A DNA stretch of 64,000 nucleotides from Piromyces finnis finn (taxonomy: Eukaryota > Fungi > Neocallimastigomycota), in NCBI GenBank assembly GCA_002104945.1, contig MCFH01000044.1, forward strand, positions 310,001 through 374,000, read 5' to 3'. The stretch's first letter is position 1; every line of letters begins with the position of its first letter. This document shows positions 14,298-27,320 of this stretch, one piece after another. The notes under the pieces are model-generated. The model was given only the letters and a program-made list of their open reading frames with translations. It ran no database searches and was not told where the DNA came from. The translations under genes were made by a program, and so were the position numbers.

Positions 14298-16829
14298 ATG
14301 GAAAACAAAATTTCATATGAAGAAAAAAGAAAAGAATTAAAGGATATAATTAAAAATAACAACAAAACTGGATTTGTAAATTATATTATTGAAAATGATA
14401 CTAATTTAAGCGAATTAAATAATAATGAATTTGATATATTAATTTATGCCATTGAAAATGAAGCTTCATTAAAAATCATTGATTTTATTATAAATCAGGA
14501 TTATTATAAATATTTAAATTATTCTATATATATACATCAAATAGAAAAAGTCCCACTTTTTTCAGCAATTCTTAATAATAGATTTGAAGTGAGTGATTTA
14601 CTCTTGAAAAATAAAGCAGATATCAATTATAGCATTAATAATAAAAATGATGGTGATATTATTAGTTATTTATATAAACATAAGAAACTATGTAATAAAA
14701 ATCTAAATTATATTTTATGTCATGGGTATAATACCTATTATTTATTTAATATAAATAGTGATTTAATCCCTAAATTTATTAAATCATATAAAAATACCTT
14801 TTTAAAGATAATATTTAAACATTATATTTTTGATAATAGTTTTATTTTAAATTTATTAAAATTATATAAAAATAGTATTTCTATATCAAAACTTCAATTA
14901 GAAAATTCTATTATAAAAGAAAGAAATAAATTAAGAATTAATGATTATACCTATGAATGTTATTATCGTGATGCTGCAAAAGAAAATAATAACGAAGCTA
15001 TCAAGATTTTCTTTGAAAATGATAATAGTGAACTAAATATTATTTTTCGTAGAATAAATTTATATGATATTTTGGAAAGAGCTATCAAATTAAATGATTA
15101 TCAATTTGTTCAACATGTGTTATGGTATGACTCTTTCAGTTTTAAAAATATTATTTCTGAAAAAAATTTTTTAGAAATTAGTAGAAACAAAAATATGAAT
15201 ATCATGATACTTCTAATTGAAAAAGTTTTATCACTTTCTTCGTTAAAGCCAGAAAGAGAGAAAAAGTATAATTTAGAATTAGATAAAGGGCTGGTTTCGG
15301 AAACAAAAGAATTATCTAATATTAATGATAATAAGATGAAAGTATTGTCTGAAAAAAAACAAGCAAGTCATTATTTGAATTTAATATTAAATATGGCTAT
15401 AGAAAGTAAATATATATCCTTAGTGAAATACTTACTAGAAAGCGAAAAATACAACAAATATATCGATATAAATTCTAATAATGAAAATAATGAATTTCCA
15501 ATAATAACTGCATTTTATTCCAACTCAATTGAAATATTTAAATATTTATTAGAAAAAGGAGCTAATCCTAATACAAAAAATAAAAATGGTTCATCATTAA
15601 TATCCTTAATTATTGATAGATATAATTATAATATCAAATTTATTGAATATTTATTTGATAAATATGTGAATATTAATGTGAAGGATTCTAGTGGAAATTA
15701 TCCATTAATAAAAGCTATTAATAAGAATGATTTTAATAGTATTGTTTTGTTAATAAAATATGGTATTAAAAATAATATTGATATGAATGTTTTTGATGTT
15801 AATGGTAATACTCCATTAACACTTTCCTACAAAATTGAAAATATGGATATCTTCAAATTTCTAATAAAATATTTAAAAATTAATGAAAAAGACAATAACG
15901 GAAATAGTGTATTATATTATGCTATCATAAATAATGATTTAGAAACAGCCAAATTTCTAATAAGTAATGGAGCTGATATTAATATTATAGATAAATATGG
16001 CAATTCAGCATTTGATATTTCTCTTAGTAAATGCCCTGAATTAGTATCAATTCTAATTAATAATAAAAATCTCCTATTAAATAAACCAAACATAAGAGGT
16101 GAGACACCTCTATTATCTATTATTAAAAGTATTAATACTTCTATCGAAAAAGAAAAAGTAAATATATCACAATATTATTTAAATATAAATTTTAAAATTG
16201 CCAGTTTAATCGAAAGAGGATCAGATGTTAATATAACAGACAAAGAAGGAAATTCACCTTTGGTTTATGCTATTCAAAAGAAATCATTGTCTGTGGTAAT
16301 GCAATTAATCAAAAGTGGTGCTAATGTTAACTTTTTTATTCGAAATCGTAATCAATCCATTTTAATGTATGCGATTGAACTTAATCGAATAGATATTGTT
16401 AAGTTTTTAATTAAATATGGTGCCAATACAAATTTCAGAAGTGACAATGATATTAAAGTATTGATCAATTCATCAAAAGCTGGTAGAACTAAAATGTTTG
16501 AATATTTAGTAAAAAATAATATTAATGATTTCACAAGTGAAATTATTAATAAAGTTATATCAGAAAATAGACTTGATTTATTAACTATTTTAATAAATAA
16601 TAATTTCAATATTAATCTAAAAGATAAAAATGGAAATACCCCATTAGTATATGCTTTACAATTTCGAAATATTGAAATTACAGAATATTTAATTAATCAT
16701 GGTGCTGATTGTCATAATATTAATGAAAATGATGAAACCATTGATAATATTAACTATAAGTATTATTATGAATATGGATTAAAAGATTCTTATAAGACTA
16801 TCTATAAACTAATTAATAATTATAGGTAA
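14298..16829 (+). CDS. Intronless ankyrin-repeat protein, 843 aa
   Basis: Single ORF with many G(N/D)TPL..A....N...V..LI..GA(D/N)VN repeats. Confidence 0.9.
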   Translation: MENKISYEEKRKELKDIIKNNNKTGFVNYIIENDTNLSELNNNEFDILIYAIENEASLKIIDFIINQDYYKYLNYSIYIHQIEKVPLFSAILNNRFEVSDLLLKNKADINYSINNKNDGDIISYLYKHKKLCNKNLNYILCHGYNTYYLFNINSDLIPKFIKSYKNTFLKIIFKHYIFDNSFILNLLKLYKNSISISKLQLENSIIKERNKLRINDYTYECYYRDAAKENNNEAIKIFFENDNSELNIIFRRINLYDILERAIKLNDYQFVQHVLWYDSFSFKNIISEKNFLEISRNKNMNIMILLIEKVLSLSSLKPEREKKYNLELDKGLVSETKELSNINDNKMKVLSEKKQASHYLNLILNMAIESKYISLVKYLLESEKYNKYIDINSNNENNEFPIITAFYSNSIEIFKYLLEKGANPNTKNKNGSSLISLIIDRYNYNIKFIEYLFDKYVNINVKDSSGNYPLIKAINKNDFNSIVLLIKYGIKNNIDMNVFDVNGNTPLTLSYKIENMDIFKFLIKYLKINEKDNNGNSVLYYAIINNDLETAKFLISNGADINIIDKYGNSAFDISLSKCPELVSILINNKNLLLNKPNIRGETPLLSIIKSINTSIEKEKVNISQYYLNINFKIASLIERGSDVNITDKEGNSPLVYAIQKKSLSVVMQLIKSGANVNFFIRNRNQSILMYAIELNRIDIVKFLIKYGANTNFRSDNDIKVLINSSKAGRTKMFEYLVKNNINDFTSEIINKVISENRLDLLTILINNNFNINLKDKNGNTPLVYALQFRNIEITEYLINHGADCHNINENDETIDNINYKYYYEYGLKDSYKTIYKLINNYR

Positions 16830-17500
16830 AATTTTTTATTATCTATATTATCAATTTATCCTATATAAATACTGTAAAAAGTCAATATAAATTAAATATT
16901 TTCACAATATATTATTTATTAAATGAACAAATTATTTATATTGATTAAACTCATAATTTTTTTTTTTTTACTATAAAAGGCTTTTATGAAATAAAAAAAC
17001 TTTTTTTTTTTTTAATTTAATTAAAAAGATAAAATATTACTTTATAGTTTATAATATATATAATGTATATATGTATATAATGTAAATAAAACAAACAAAC
17101 AAATAATAAATAAAATCATTATCTTATAAACATCAATATTATAATAATTTAAGGAAAATTTTAGTTATATGAAAATAGATAATACCACCATTAAGATAAT
17201 CCTAATAGATGGTTAATATGTACTACAGTAGAAAAAAAAAAAAAAAAAAAAAAAAAAAGAAAATTTTTTTTAATTAAAATTATTTTATCATTGCAAAGAA
17301 TGAAAAAAAAAAAAAAAAAAAAAAATCCCATTTCAATAAATTAAAATTATATTAAAAAAATTTAAGTAGTATTGATTTTTTATTCAGATTATTGATGTAT
17401 TAAATTTTTTATGTATTTTATTACTGTTACCATTAGGCAATAATAAATAATAATTTATTATATTTATTATATAATAATTTAATAATTATTGATTATTTAA

Positions 17501-20500
17501 TTATAGACCACAAATTGAATGATAATTGTTATTGTTAATTATCATTTTAGCAGTATTTCCTTCAAGGTTTTTAATGTCTTTGTTTGATTTACACTTAATT
17601 AAATACTCTGCCATATATTTATTATTGATTTTGCATGCAAGAATAAGTGATGTATCACCATTTTTATTGACAATATCAATGTCGGCATTATGATCAAGAA
17701 GATATTTCATCATTGAATAATTGCAATTATTAATAGTGATTTGAAGAGCAGAGGATTTGTCTATAAAATTACGAGCATTTATATCTGCACCGAAATCAAT
17801 TAAAAGTTTAACAACATTAACAATATCGTTTTGACATGCTAAAATCAGTGGAGTATTTCCCTCTCGGTTTGCTAAATTTACATTTGCTTTTCCTTGAGTA
17901 ATTAAGTCTTTTATGATGATAGCATTTTGATAATGCTGACATGCCATAGTTAAAGCTGTATCTTTACGAATGTTATCTTGAATATTTAAATCAGCACCCT
18001 TTTTTATTAATAGATTAATTATTTCTCGATTGGGTTCCTGAATTGCTAACATAATTGCAGTTTGATGATTATGATTAACAATATTAATATCAGCATTTTG
18101 ATTAATTAATATTTGAGCAACGTCTTCATTAGCATTTTGACAGGCATACATCAAGGGAGTAAATCCTTTATTATTTTGAATATTTATATCACTATGATAT
18201 TGAAGAAAAATCTTTACAATATATATTATAACATCCTTCTTTTGACTCTTATGACTACATATGTAATGCATAGCCGTATTACCATCATTATCTTGATAAT
18301 TTATATTTAGTTTCAATTTATCTTTATTGTGTTCTTTCAATTCTAAAAATTTACGAATATATTCTGCATTTAGAAATATAGTAGAATAAATAAAAAGATT
18401 ATGAAGAATTTCTAATGGTAAAGAATCAATATTATTATTTATATCAAATGGATATTCTCCAATAACAATTTGTTTATACTGTGATAAACACTCTTTTTGA
18501 TATTCTAAAATAGAGATTTTTTGTTCTAAGGAAGTTACTAAATCTTCACAAGTATTAATACATGAATTTGAAATTAAATTTAATATACTATTATCTTTTC
18601 TGAAAGCAATTTTGTTATTATTTTTTCTGATACCTAAGTTTTCATGATATTTCTTATCCTCTTTCCCTTTTTCCTTTTCAACATTTTCTTCTATCGAAAA
18701 TTTTTTGAATCTATCTTCTAAAGTACATTTATTACTATTATCATTAATAAGCGTTTTTAGATACGTGATTTCATAGTCAATCGCAGTACTTAAAAAAATA
18801 GTATTGCCGTTACGTTTAAGTATCTTGTATGGTGACATGAAAAAGTCATCTTCATCTAATATATCCAATTTTTTTTTATATTCTAAAAATTGAATAATAA
18901 TAGGATTGAGATCTTTATTACAAGCAATATGTAATGCAGTTTGATGATAATTATTTTTTAGATAAATATTTGCATTATATTGAAGTAGCAAACTTACCAC
19001 ACTTCCTAAAGCATTTTCACATGCAATCATTAATGGGGTTTCTCCATGAACTGTTTGATTATTAATATCAATATCTTTAGTATCCAAAAGTAACTTGATG
19101 ATTTGAAGATTACCATACATACATGCAATAGAAAGTGCAGTATAGCCTTCATTATTCCTAATATTAGGATCTGCATGATGATCTAAAAGAAGGGTTACCA
19201 CTTCTGGTAATTCATTTTTACATGCCATCATCAATGGTGTATGTGCATTTTGACATATTTCATTTGGATTAGAGCCGTGTTCTAATAAAGATTGAATTAC
19301 TGATAAATCATTATGACGATTATAATAACAAATTGCAACAAACAACGCTGTATTTCTACATTCGCTAATAATAGTAGTATCTGCGTGATAACGAAGGCAT
19401 ACATCAATGAGATATGAATTACCTAATTGACTAGCAATAATTAATGGAGTGTCACCATTGGTTTCACGTAAGTTTATATCAATATCTGGACATTTTTGTA
19501 GAAACAACTCAGCATAGTAAGAATTACTAAAAATACAGGCTTGTAAAAAAGCATGCTCAAGCTGACTTTTACTAAATTCATCTATATTATCCCCGTTAGG
19601 TTGAATATCAGTCATTACTGTAATATAGTCATCATAAGTTTCAACAAATGATACTATATCATCATCATAATCATAAATCTCATATTGTTTTATTGCATTT
19701 ATTAAGATTTCATACACTTCTTCTTTATCAACCTTATTAGAATTATTAAGAATATAAAGCAAAGAATTACCATAATTATCTTTCACAAATATATCTGCAC
19801 CATAATCAATTAATAATTTAATTATTTTATTATTATTAACTTTATCTGAATTAATTAGATGAACAAGTGCACACATATCATTATTAGATTTTAAGTTTAC
19901 ATTTGCTCCATAACTTAATAATTCTCTAACGATATCAATATTATTCTTTAAACAAGCATCAATAAGTGGGGTTGAATAGTCACATATTAGATTTGGATTA
20001 GCTCCATTTTGAAGAAGAATTTTTACAGTATTAAGTTTATTGGATTTACAAGCTTGAACAAGTGGATATAAACCGATAGAATTAGGACGATTAATGTCTA
20101 TATTGTACTTAATAAATAATTTTAAGCTTTCTTCATTTCCTAAATTACTACATGCCATTATAAAAGGATTAAAGCGATTATAGCCCTTTTCCTCATACAT
20201 ATTAACTTTTTTATCAAGTAAAATTTTAATTAAATTTATATTGCTAAAATAAACTGCATAATAAAGAGGGAAATCCTCATTTAAATTTTTGGCATTATAA
20301 TTTATGTGATCTTCATGCTCCATGACAAAAGCATCAATAATTTTTGTATTATTATCTTTGCAAGCAATTAGAAAAGGTGTATTACCTTCATTATTTACTG
20401 TATCTATATTTATTCCTTTAATAGATAAAAGTTTATTTACAATATCTAAATTTTGTAATTTGCACGCAAGAGAAAGAGCACTATCACCATTATTATTTAT

Positions 20501-22171
20501 ATGATTAAAATCTATTGAACGAGAAAGTAAAAGATCAATGATTTCTAGGTTTCCACTTTTGCAAGCAATAATCAATGCATTTTCATTATCATTATTAACA
20601 TTATTAATATTTGCGCCATGATCAAGAATATAGTTAAGTGTAGATTTAACCTTTTTATTTCTTTTATTTTTTGGGTAACATAGAATATTAATAAGAGAAT
20701 CTCCTTTATTATTTTTTTCATTGATATTAGCTTTATTGAGCAAAAGAATACGAATCATTTCTTGATCCTTAGCATAATGTAACCCTGTACAATATAGTTT
20801 ATTTTTATGGTGTACATCTGAATGATATTCCAAAAGAAGTTCCATTATTTCTTGATTTTGATTTTGACATGCTAGTATAAATGGAGTATTACCATCATCA
20901 TCTTCAGCAGAAACATCAGCCTGATTTTCTAATAAAATTCTAACAGTATCAATTCGATCATTCAATACAGCAATGTGTAATGGGGTATAACTTTTATCGT
21001 TAGTAATATTGATATTAGACTGATACTCTAATAATAGTTTTACTAATTCAGGATTATTATTTTGGCATGCGAGACAAAGCTCTGTATCTCCATTTCTATT
21101 TTTATGATTCATTTTAACTTCATTAGTTTGTAATAAAAGTCTGGCAGTATGAATATAATCATTTTCACAAGCTAATAATAATGGAGTATTTTTATTAGAA
21201 TTACTTCTATTAACATCAGCTTTATAGGTTAAAAGAATGGAAGCTAATTCAAAATTACCATTGCGACAAGCATACATTAATGAAGTATAACCCATATCAT
21301 CTTCAATGTCAATATCAACTCTAGAGTATTCTTGTGTAATAAGGTCTTTCAATTTCTTATTAGAAATTTCTATTTTATTTTTACCAAAGGAAATCAACCC
21401 AATAATAAAGTTATTATTAAATATTAAACTTGAAAGTAATTGGTTCAAAAGTTTAAGTTCATTTGTTTCAATTAAATACATTAAAATAGACTTTCCTTCA
21501 TTATCTTGAAGGTTCACATTTGCATTATGTTCTAAAAAATTTAATAGATAGTATTTTGTCATCAGTTGATTTTTAATAAGATAGAGAAAAGAAGTTTCTT
21601 CCATATTGTTAATGTAATTGACATCAGCCCCACATTTCAATAAAAGTTTAAAAATATTTTTATTATTAGCAAGAACTGCTTCAGTAAGTGGTGTGTTTCC
21701 ATTATATTGATTAAAATTTATATTAATGTAATGGTTAATTAATTCTTCTATTATTTTTTGCGATTTATTATTTTTAATTGCATAAATAAGGGGGTTATCA
21801 TCACTCTTAAATAAATTTAAATCAATATCATCTTCTATCAAAAGTTGTTGTACATTTTGTATTCTATTCTCTCTAATTTCGTAAAGAAGTTTTTTATTAA
21901 GTATAATTTTCTTTTTTAATAATTCTACATCCTCTTCTGTTATTATTTTTTTATTATTAATAGTTGAAAAATTTTTAAGTAAAGCATGTATTTTTTCAAT
22001 GGAATAATTTTGTTCAAGAGCCTTCTTTAATGGATTAACATCTAAATTGATTGTAGCTAAATCAATGCGTTGTTTTCTTAAATAATTTTTAATATGATTT
22101 GGGGGTTTATCTAATATATTATCCAATTTATTTATTATTCTTCTTATACTTCGTATATTTGAATTTTGCAT
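17501..22171 (-). CDS. Intronless ankyrin-repeat protein, 1556 aa
   Basis: Single ORF from a true ATG at 22171, with more than 20 recognisable ankyrin repeats in several arrays. Confidence 0.9.
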   Translation of the reverse strand: MQNSNIRSIRRIINKLDNILDKPPNHIKNYLRKQRIDLATINLDVNPLKKALEQNYSIEKIHALLKNFSTINNKKIITEEDVELLKKKIILNKKLLYEIRENRIQNVQQLLIEDDIDLNLFKSDDNPLIYAIKNNKSQKIIEELINHYININFNQYNGNTPLTEAVLANNKNIFKLLLKCGADVNYINNMEETSFLYLIKNQLMTKYYLLNFLEHNANVNLQDNEGKSILMYLIETNELKLLNQLLSSLIFNNNFIIGLISFGKNKIEISNKKLKDLITQEYSRVDIDIEDDMGYTSLMYACRNGNFELASILLTYKADVNRSNSNKNTPLLLACENDYIHTARLLLQTNEVKMNHKNRNGDTELCLACQNNNPELVKLLLEYQSNINITNDKSYTPLHIAVLNDRIDTVRILLENQADVSAEDDDGNTPFILACQNQNQEIMELLLEYHSDVHHKNKLYCTGLHYAKDQEMIRILLLNKANINEKNNKGDSLINILCYPKNKRNKKVKSTLNYILDHGANINNVNNDNENALIIACKSGNLEIIDLLLSRSIDFNHINNNGDSALSLACKLQNLDIVNKLLSIKGINIDTVNNEGNTPFLIACKDNNTKIIDAFVMEHEDHINYNAKNLNEDFPLYYAVYFSNINLIKILLDKKVNMYEEKGYNRFNPFIMACSNLGNEESLKLFIKYNIDINRPNSIGLYPLVQACKSNKLNTVKILLQNGANPNLICDYSTPLIDACLKNNIDIVRELLSYGANVNLKSNNDMCALVHLINSDKVNNNKIIKLLIDYGADIFVKDNYGNSLLYILNNSNKVDKEEVYEILINAIKQYEIYDYDDDIVSFVETYDDYITVMTDIQPNGDNIDEFSKSQLEHAFLQACIFSNSYYAELFLQKCPDIDINLRETNGDTPLIIASQLGNSYLIDVCLRYHADTTIISECRNTALFVAICYYNRHNDLSVIQSLLEHGSNPNEICQNAHTPLMMACKNELPEVVTLLLDHHADPNIRNNEGYTALSIACMYGNLQIIKLLLDTKDIDINNQTVHGETPLMIACENALGSVVSLLLQYNANIYLKNNYHQTALHIACNKDLNPIIIQFLEYKKKLDILDEDDFFMSPYKILKRNGNTIFLSTAIDYEITYLKTLINDNSNKCTLEDRFKKFSIEENVEKEKGKEDKKYHENLGIRKNNNKIAFRKDNSILNLISNSCINTCEDLVTSLEQKISILEYQKECLSQYKQIVIGEYPFDINNNIDSLPLEILHNLFIYSTIFLNAEYIRKFLELKEHNKDKLKLNINYQDNDGNTAMHYICSHKSQKKDVIIYIVKIFLQYHSDINIQNNKGFTPLMYACQNANEDVAQILINQNADINIVNHNHQTAIMLAIQEPNREIINLLIKKGADLNIQDNIRKDTALTMACQHYQNAIIIKDLITQGKANVNLANREGNTPLILACQNDIVNVVKLLIDFGADINARNFIDKSSALQITINNCNYSMMKYLLDHNADIDIVNKNGDTSLILACKINNKYMAEYLIKCKSNKDIKNLEGNTAKMIINNNNYHSICGL

Positions 22172-22493
22172 TTTTTTTTTTTTTTTTTTTTTTTTTGAAT
22201 AAATAATAAATTATTTTAATAATTTAATAGAAGATAATAGTTAATAAGTATAACAACATAAATTTTATAACATTTATTTTTTAATTAATTATTTTATTTA
22301 TTCTTTTTTAATATAATTAAGGATAGATTATATAATATAGTTGATTCTTAATGTAAAAAAAAAATATTTTAATAGGGTATTAAATAAATATTATAAAATA
22401 AAAAAAAAAAAAGATAATTAAAAATATTTATGTATTTATGTAATATATAAAAATTGAAAATGTCTTTATTAATGTTTTATTAATGTTTCTAAA

Positions 22494-22527
<34 letters not shown>

Positions 22528-22920
22528 TAGAATAAAATAAAATATGATAATTGTTAATATTATTATTACATCATTACAATAGTTTAAACATTCTTTTCTG
22601 GTAAATTAAAATATAATTTATAAAATATACTTTTTTTTTAAACCATTGTAATGAAAATTATATACAATAATAATATTAATTAAAATGTTAATTGCTAAAA
22701 TAATATTACTTTTATTTTATTTTGTTTTATTTCTATTTATTTTATAATGCAAATTTTTTTTTTTTACTTTTATATTTTATCTTCGGTTATTATATTATTA
22801 TTATTATTATTTTTTCTTTTAACTTATTCTTTCGTTAATTTATTTTTTTATTCGTTTAATCTGTTTTAATTTTTATTTCTTTCTCTTTCTCTCTCTCTCT
22901 CTCTCTCTTTTTTTTTTTTT

Positions 22921-25500
22921 TTAATAATGCTTTTTGAATTGTAAAACATAAAAGAGTAACGAGACACCTTCTGTTGGGAAGGAACCGACTAATAAGTCAA
23001 TGGGTATAATTTTTGAATCATCAATTTTGTACCATTGGTAATTATTGGCAATATGAGTATAAGCAATATATCTACCATCTTTTTGAGTAACAAAACCATG
23101 TAACTTATAAAATGTACTAGTACTTTCATTAATATATTCTGGGTGTACATGAGCACCCATATCAAGTTCCATTGGTATTCTAATAGGACGATTAAGAGAA
23201 CGTTTCATGCATCTTTCTCTACGAATAGGATTAAATGACATTTCCATGGTATAATTACCATCTCTAACGATAGAAAATACTAGAATCTCAGGAAGATGAA
23301 CAAATGATGTCAACCTTACAATATGACGATGAATACCATCTTGATCTATACAAGATTTACAATCGCAATTAAAGTCTGTTTTTTGATTACTAAATATAGT
23401 TGGGAATACATAATCACTTAATATTATTTCATCACCATCGTTAGATTGATTTTGAGTTCTAGATAAATTTATATCTTTTTTAATATGAAAAAAAATTAAA
23501 TTATTTTTATTATTTAATAAAATATTATAAAAATTTTTAATAAAGATATAATATACTATTATATATAATTTTTGATTTTAATAATATTTATTTTTATTTA
23601 CCATTGTTATTTAAAGTTATAGAAGGAATTTCACATGTTTTCATTGTATTATTATTTAATCGGCTTTCAACATTTAAAGAATCTGAAGAATCATTTTTAT
23701 TTAAATCAACTTGAAATACTGGTAAATGATTAAGCTCCTCTCTCATGATATCAATAAAAGAAATTTCATACTTATTTTTAGCTTTTATTTCCTTAGAAAG
23801 AAGAAGTGGAAAGAATCTACAATATTTCATAACTGATTTCTGCGATTTCTTATGACAAATAGAACACATATCTCTGCAAATGATAGTTGCTTGACATCGT
23901 GATCGTAATCTAGTGCCAACTAAAATTTTATCTAGGAGAACACGAGTGAATTCTGAAGAATAATTACAACGAGTCATATTTTCTACTATTAATGATCCAG
24001 AAGAAGTTTTCTGTATATCTTGAACAATACCACTAAAATAGTCAATGAATGGATCCTGTATTGAAGAAAATAATGTTTTTATTAATGAAGCTGGATTTAC
24101 TGTATGCTGATTGACACTATTACTATTTAAAAAGGCTAATAATTTTGGATCATTTTCATTAAGTTTTATAATTTCATTCAAAGTATTATCATCACTTTGG
24201 ATAATTTGCAATAATTTATATAATTCGCGTTGAGCGTCATTTAACATACAATTATATCTGTTAAGTTGAAAATTTTTACATTAAATAATATTATTTATTA
24301 TTTATTTTTTTATTATATATATAATATATAATATTAATTATATTATAAGAAATAAAGAAAACATATAATGAATTTATTTATTATATCAGTATATTAGTTT
24401 TAGATTTATTAAATATTATAAATCTTTCTACTATAAGTTAATTTATCTTATTTCTTTTTCTTTTTTTTTTTTTTTATCTTACCTTGGAAAATCAGTTTCT
24501 ACTCCTGGTAAGTTACATACTACTTGAAGTGTAGAGGTAATCCAACAGCAACGTTCATTTTCTATATCAGACTCTGTTTGATAAGAAGGTTCATTCTTTG
24601 ATTGCTTATTTTTTGTAAAATAAACTTTATAGTTTTGGAGTTTATTAGAATTAGAATCCTTATTGGTTGTGATATCATCAGAATGATTGATGGAATTATT
24701 ATTATTACTATTTGTTGAAAGATCATCTAATAATACATCCCTTGATCTAATTTCCGTAATAACACAATCATCTTCATCTGATAATAATAATTCTTCTCTT
24801 TTGATATTTTCATTAATTCTATTCATATATACAGAATCGATCGGTCTAATATAATCATTACGAGTATTAAATACAGATTCAAGAATAAGAACATCAATAT
24901 CATCGTATTCATGTTCACATACAGCTGGTACATTTTCTAAGTCTAATAAAGGCACATTATTAATACCTGTAGCAGGTGAAAAATGCTGTGAGAAACCACA
25001 ACTTCCATTACATTTAAATAAATGATCATGTGATGTTGACACTTGAGGAAAGGGTACAGGACTTGGAGGAGAAACAATAATCTCTGGTATTTTCATAGAA
25101 CTATTATCAGAAGTGAAATGGGGGTGTAAATAAGTATCTATTTGATTAAAATTCGTTGAATTAACAGTTAAATGTTTACTATTTTCATTATTACTGTTAT
25201 TGGTAGTATTATTACTACTATCCTTTCCTATTTTTAAGTCTTTATATATTTTGGAAATCTTTTTTTTCAATTTATATTTCTTATCTTTTTTATCTTTAAT
25301 ATCCTTGCTTTCCTTATTATCTTTACTTTCTTTATTATCCTTATTCACTATAAATAATAAATAAAAATTTTATATAAAAAATATAAATAAGGAAATATAA
25401 ATTATTTTTTCATTATTAATTTTATTATTATTTTAATGACTTATATATATATTTATTATAGATTTATATATCTATACTTACTTTTGTCTTGATTAAGCAG
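22921..25500 (-). CDS. Ubiquitin-specific protease (USP/C19)-fold protein, probably catalytically inactive; 5' end unresolved
   Basis: Track ORFs 24479-25348, 23594-24247 and 22921-23313 join through GT-AG introns. The product has a Cys-box-like ENERCCWITSTLQ, zinc-ribbon cysteines (CSIC, CDCKSC), LPEILVFSIVR, and a His-box-like YKLHGFVTQKDGRYIAY...WYKIDDSKI. The track 'start' at 25348 is a splice acceptor; a 19-nt exon at 25500-25482 is likely. Confidence 0.7.
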
Positions 25501-25844
25501 CTTTAAATTAATCTTATTTATTATTAATTAAAATTAGGATTTCTAGTTATTTATTTTTATTGCTGTTATTTGTAATATGATATTTTGATTTCTAATTTTT
25601 TAATTATTTATTGGATTAATTAAAAAAATAAATAAACCATAAATTATTTTAAATGTATGTTCTTGCTTTTTTTACTTTTTTTGTTTTAGTTTTCCTATAA
25701 TTTAAATTCCAATAATCTTTTACTATTTTACTTTTCTTTTTTTATTTTTTTTTCTTTAATTAAAATTAACAATTATTACTTGATTTTTTCATTTATATTT
25801 GTCTTGTTTTTTGTCTTGTTTTTGTTTATTTTATTTTTATTTTT

Positions 25845-25980
25845 ATTCTTGATAAATCTTAAAATTAATATTATATATTGAGTATTTTATTTCAACCTAT
25901 AATAATAAGAATATTCTTGATAAATCTTAAAATTAATATTATATATTGAGTATTTTATTTCAACCTATAATAATAAGAAT
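25845..25980. repeat. Perfect 68-bp tandem duplication (2 copies)
   Basis: 25845-25912 is identical to 25913-25980 (ATTCTTGATAAATCTTAAAATT...AATAATAAGAAT). Confidence 0.95.
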
Positions 25981-26175
25981 TATTAATAAAATATTAAAAG
26001 TCAGTTTAAAAAAAAGAATTTAAAATTTTCTTAATTTTCTTTATTAATATATATTTAACATATCAATATCTATATGTTATTATAGAATGGTACTTTATAA
26101 ATTAATATTATCTAAATAACTCGAATTATTTTTAAATTTTATCACAACAAATATTTACATTAATATAAATATCCA

Positions 26176-26210
<35 letters not shown>

Positions 26211-26898
26211 CTTTAAATTAATTCTATTACTTTATTTACTTTTTTTTTTTTTTAATTTTTTTCACATTATTGTTTCTATTGTTATTGTTTTAAAAATAAA
26301 CAATGCTAATAATACCAAATTTCAATATTTGAATAAAATAAAATAAAAATAAAATATAATTACATTATTAATATTAACTTCTTACAATATTTAAAATTTT
26401 ATAATATCCTAATCAATTTTTTTTCTCTTTTTTTTTTTGTTGTTGTTGTTGTTGATGTTATTATTTTCTTTTTTATTTATTTTTTTAATTTTTATATATA
26501 TTATTTTTTATTTTCATAAAATGAATAAATGTCTTTTTTATTTATAAAAATTTTATATAAAGTATGGATGATATACTAAATATTCATTTAATAAAATAAA
26601 AACAAAATTAAAATTTTTAAAATTTTATTATTATTTTATTTTATTATAAATAATTAATATTTTTTTTATAAAAAAAAAATTATTATTTTTAAATAAAGTT
26701 AATAACAATATTAAAATGCTGCTACAATATTTAATAATCATTCATTTTACATTACTATAAAATTGTATTTGAAAAAAAATGATATTATTTCAATATATAA
26801 TCTATCTATTTTAATTGATATTTCTAATATTTTAATATCTAACTACTAGTATATTTATATAAAATGTATTGTATCATTAACATAACATTAATATACTC

Positions 26899-26938
<40 letters not shown>

Positions 26939-27320
26939 TAATAATATTTATTGAAAGATATGAATTTAAAATCATTAAATAAATAAGTTATTAAACAACG
27001 CATTTTTTATATATTTCATGTTAATTACTATAAATTTCAAATTTTGTTATCATTTTTTATATTTATATTCTTAATTTAACAACTATATATTAATATTTTT
27101 TACAAATATAGAGTTGTTTATTTCAATACATATAAATAAGTTAAGTATTTAAATATTAAATATTTTTTTTAAAAAAAAAAAGAATATTAAGTATTTAGCA
27201 TTATAATATTAAAAATCAAGTAGATAAATATTTAATTCGTATATTCAAATAAGTCTGTTGTTTTGTCATAGTCTTATATAATAATTATTAATCAAAAAAA
27301 AATAACATTCTAACTATAGA

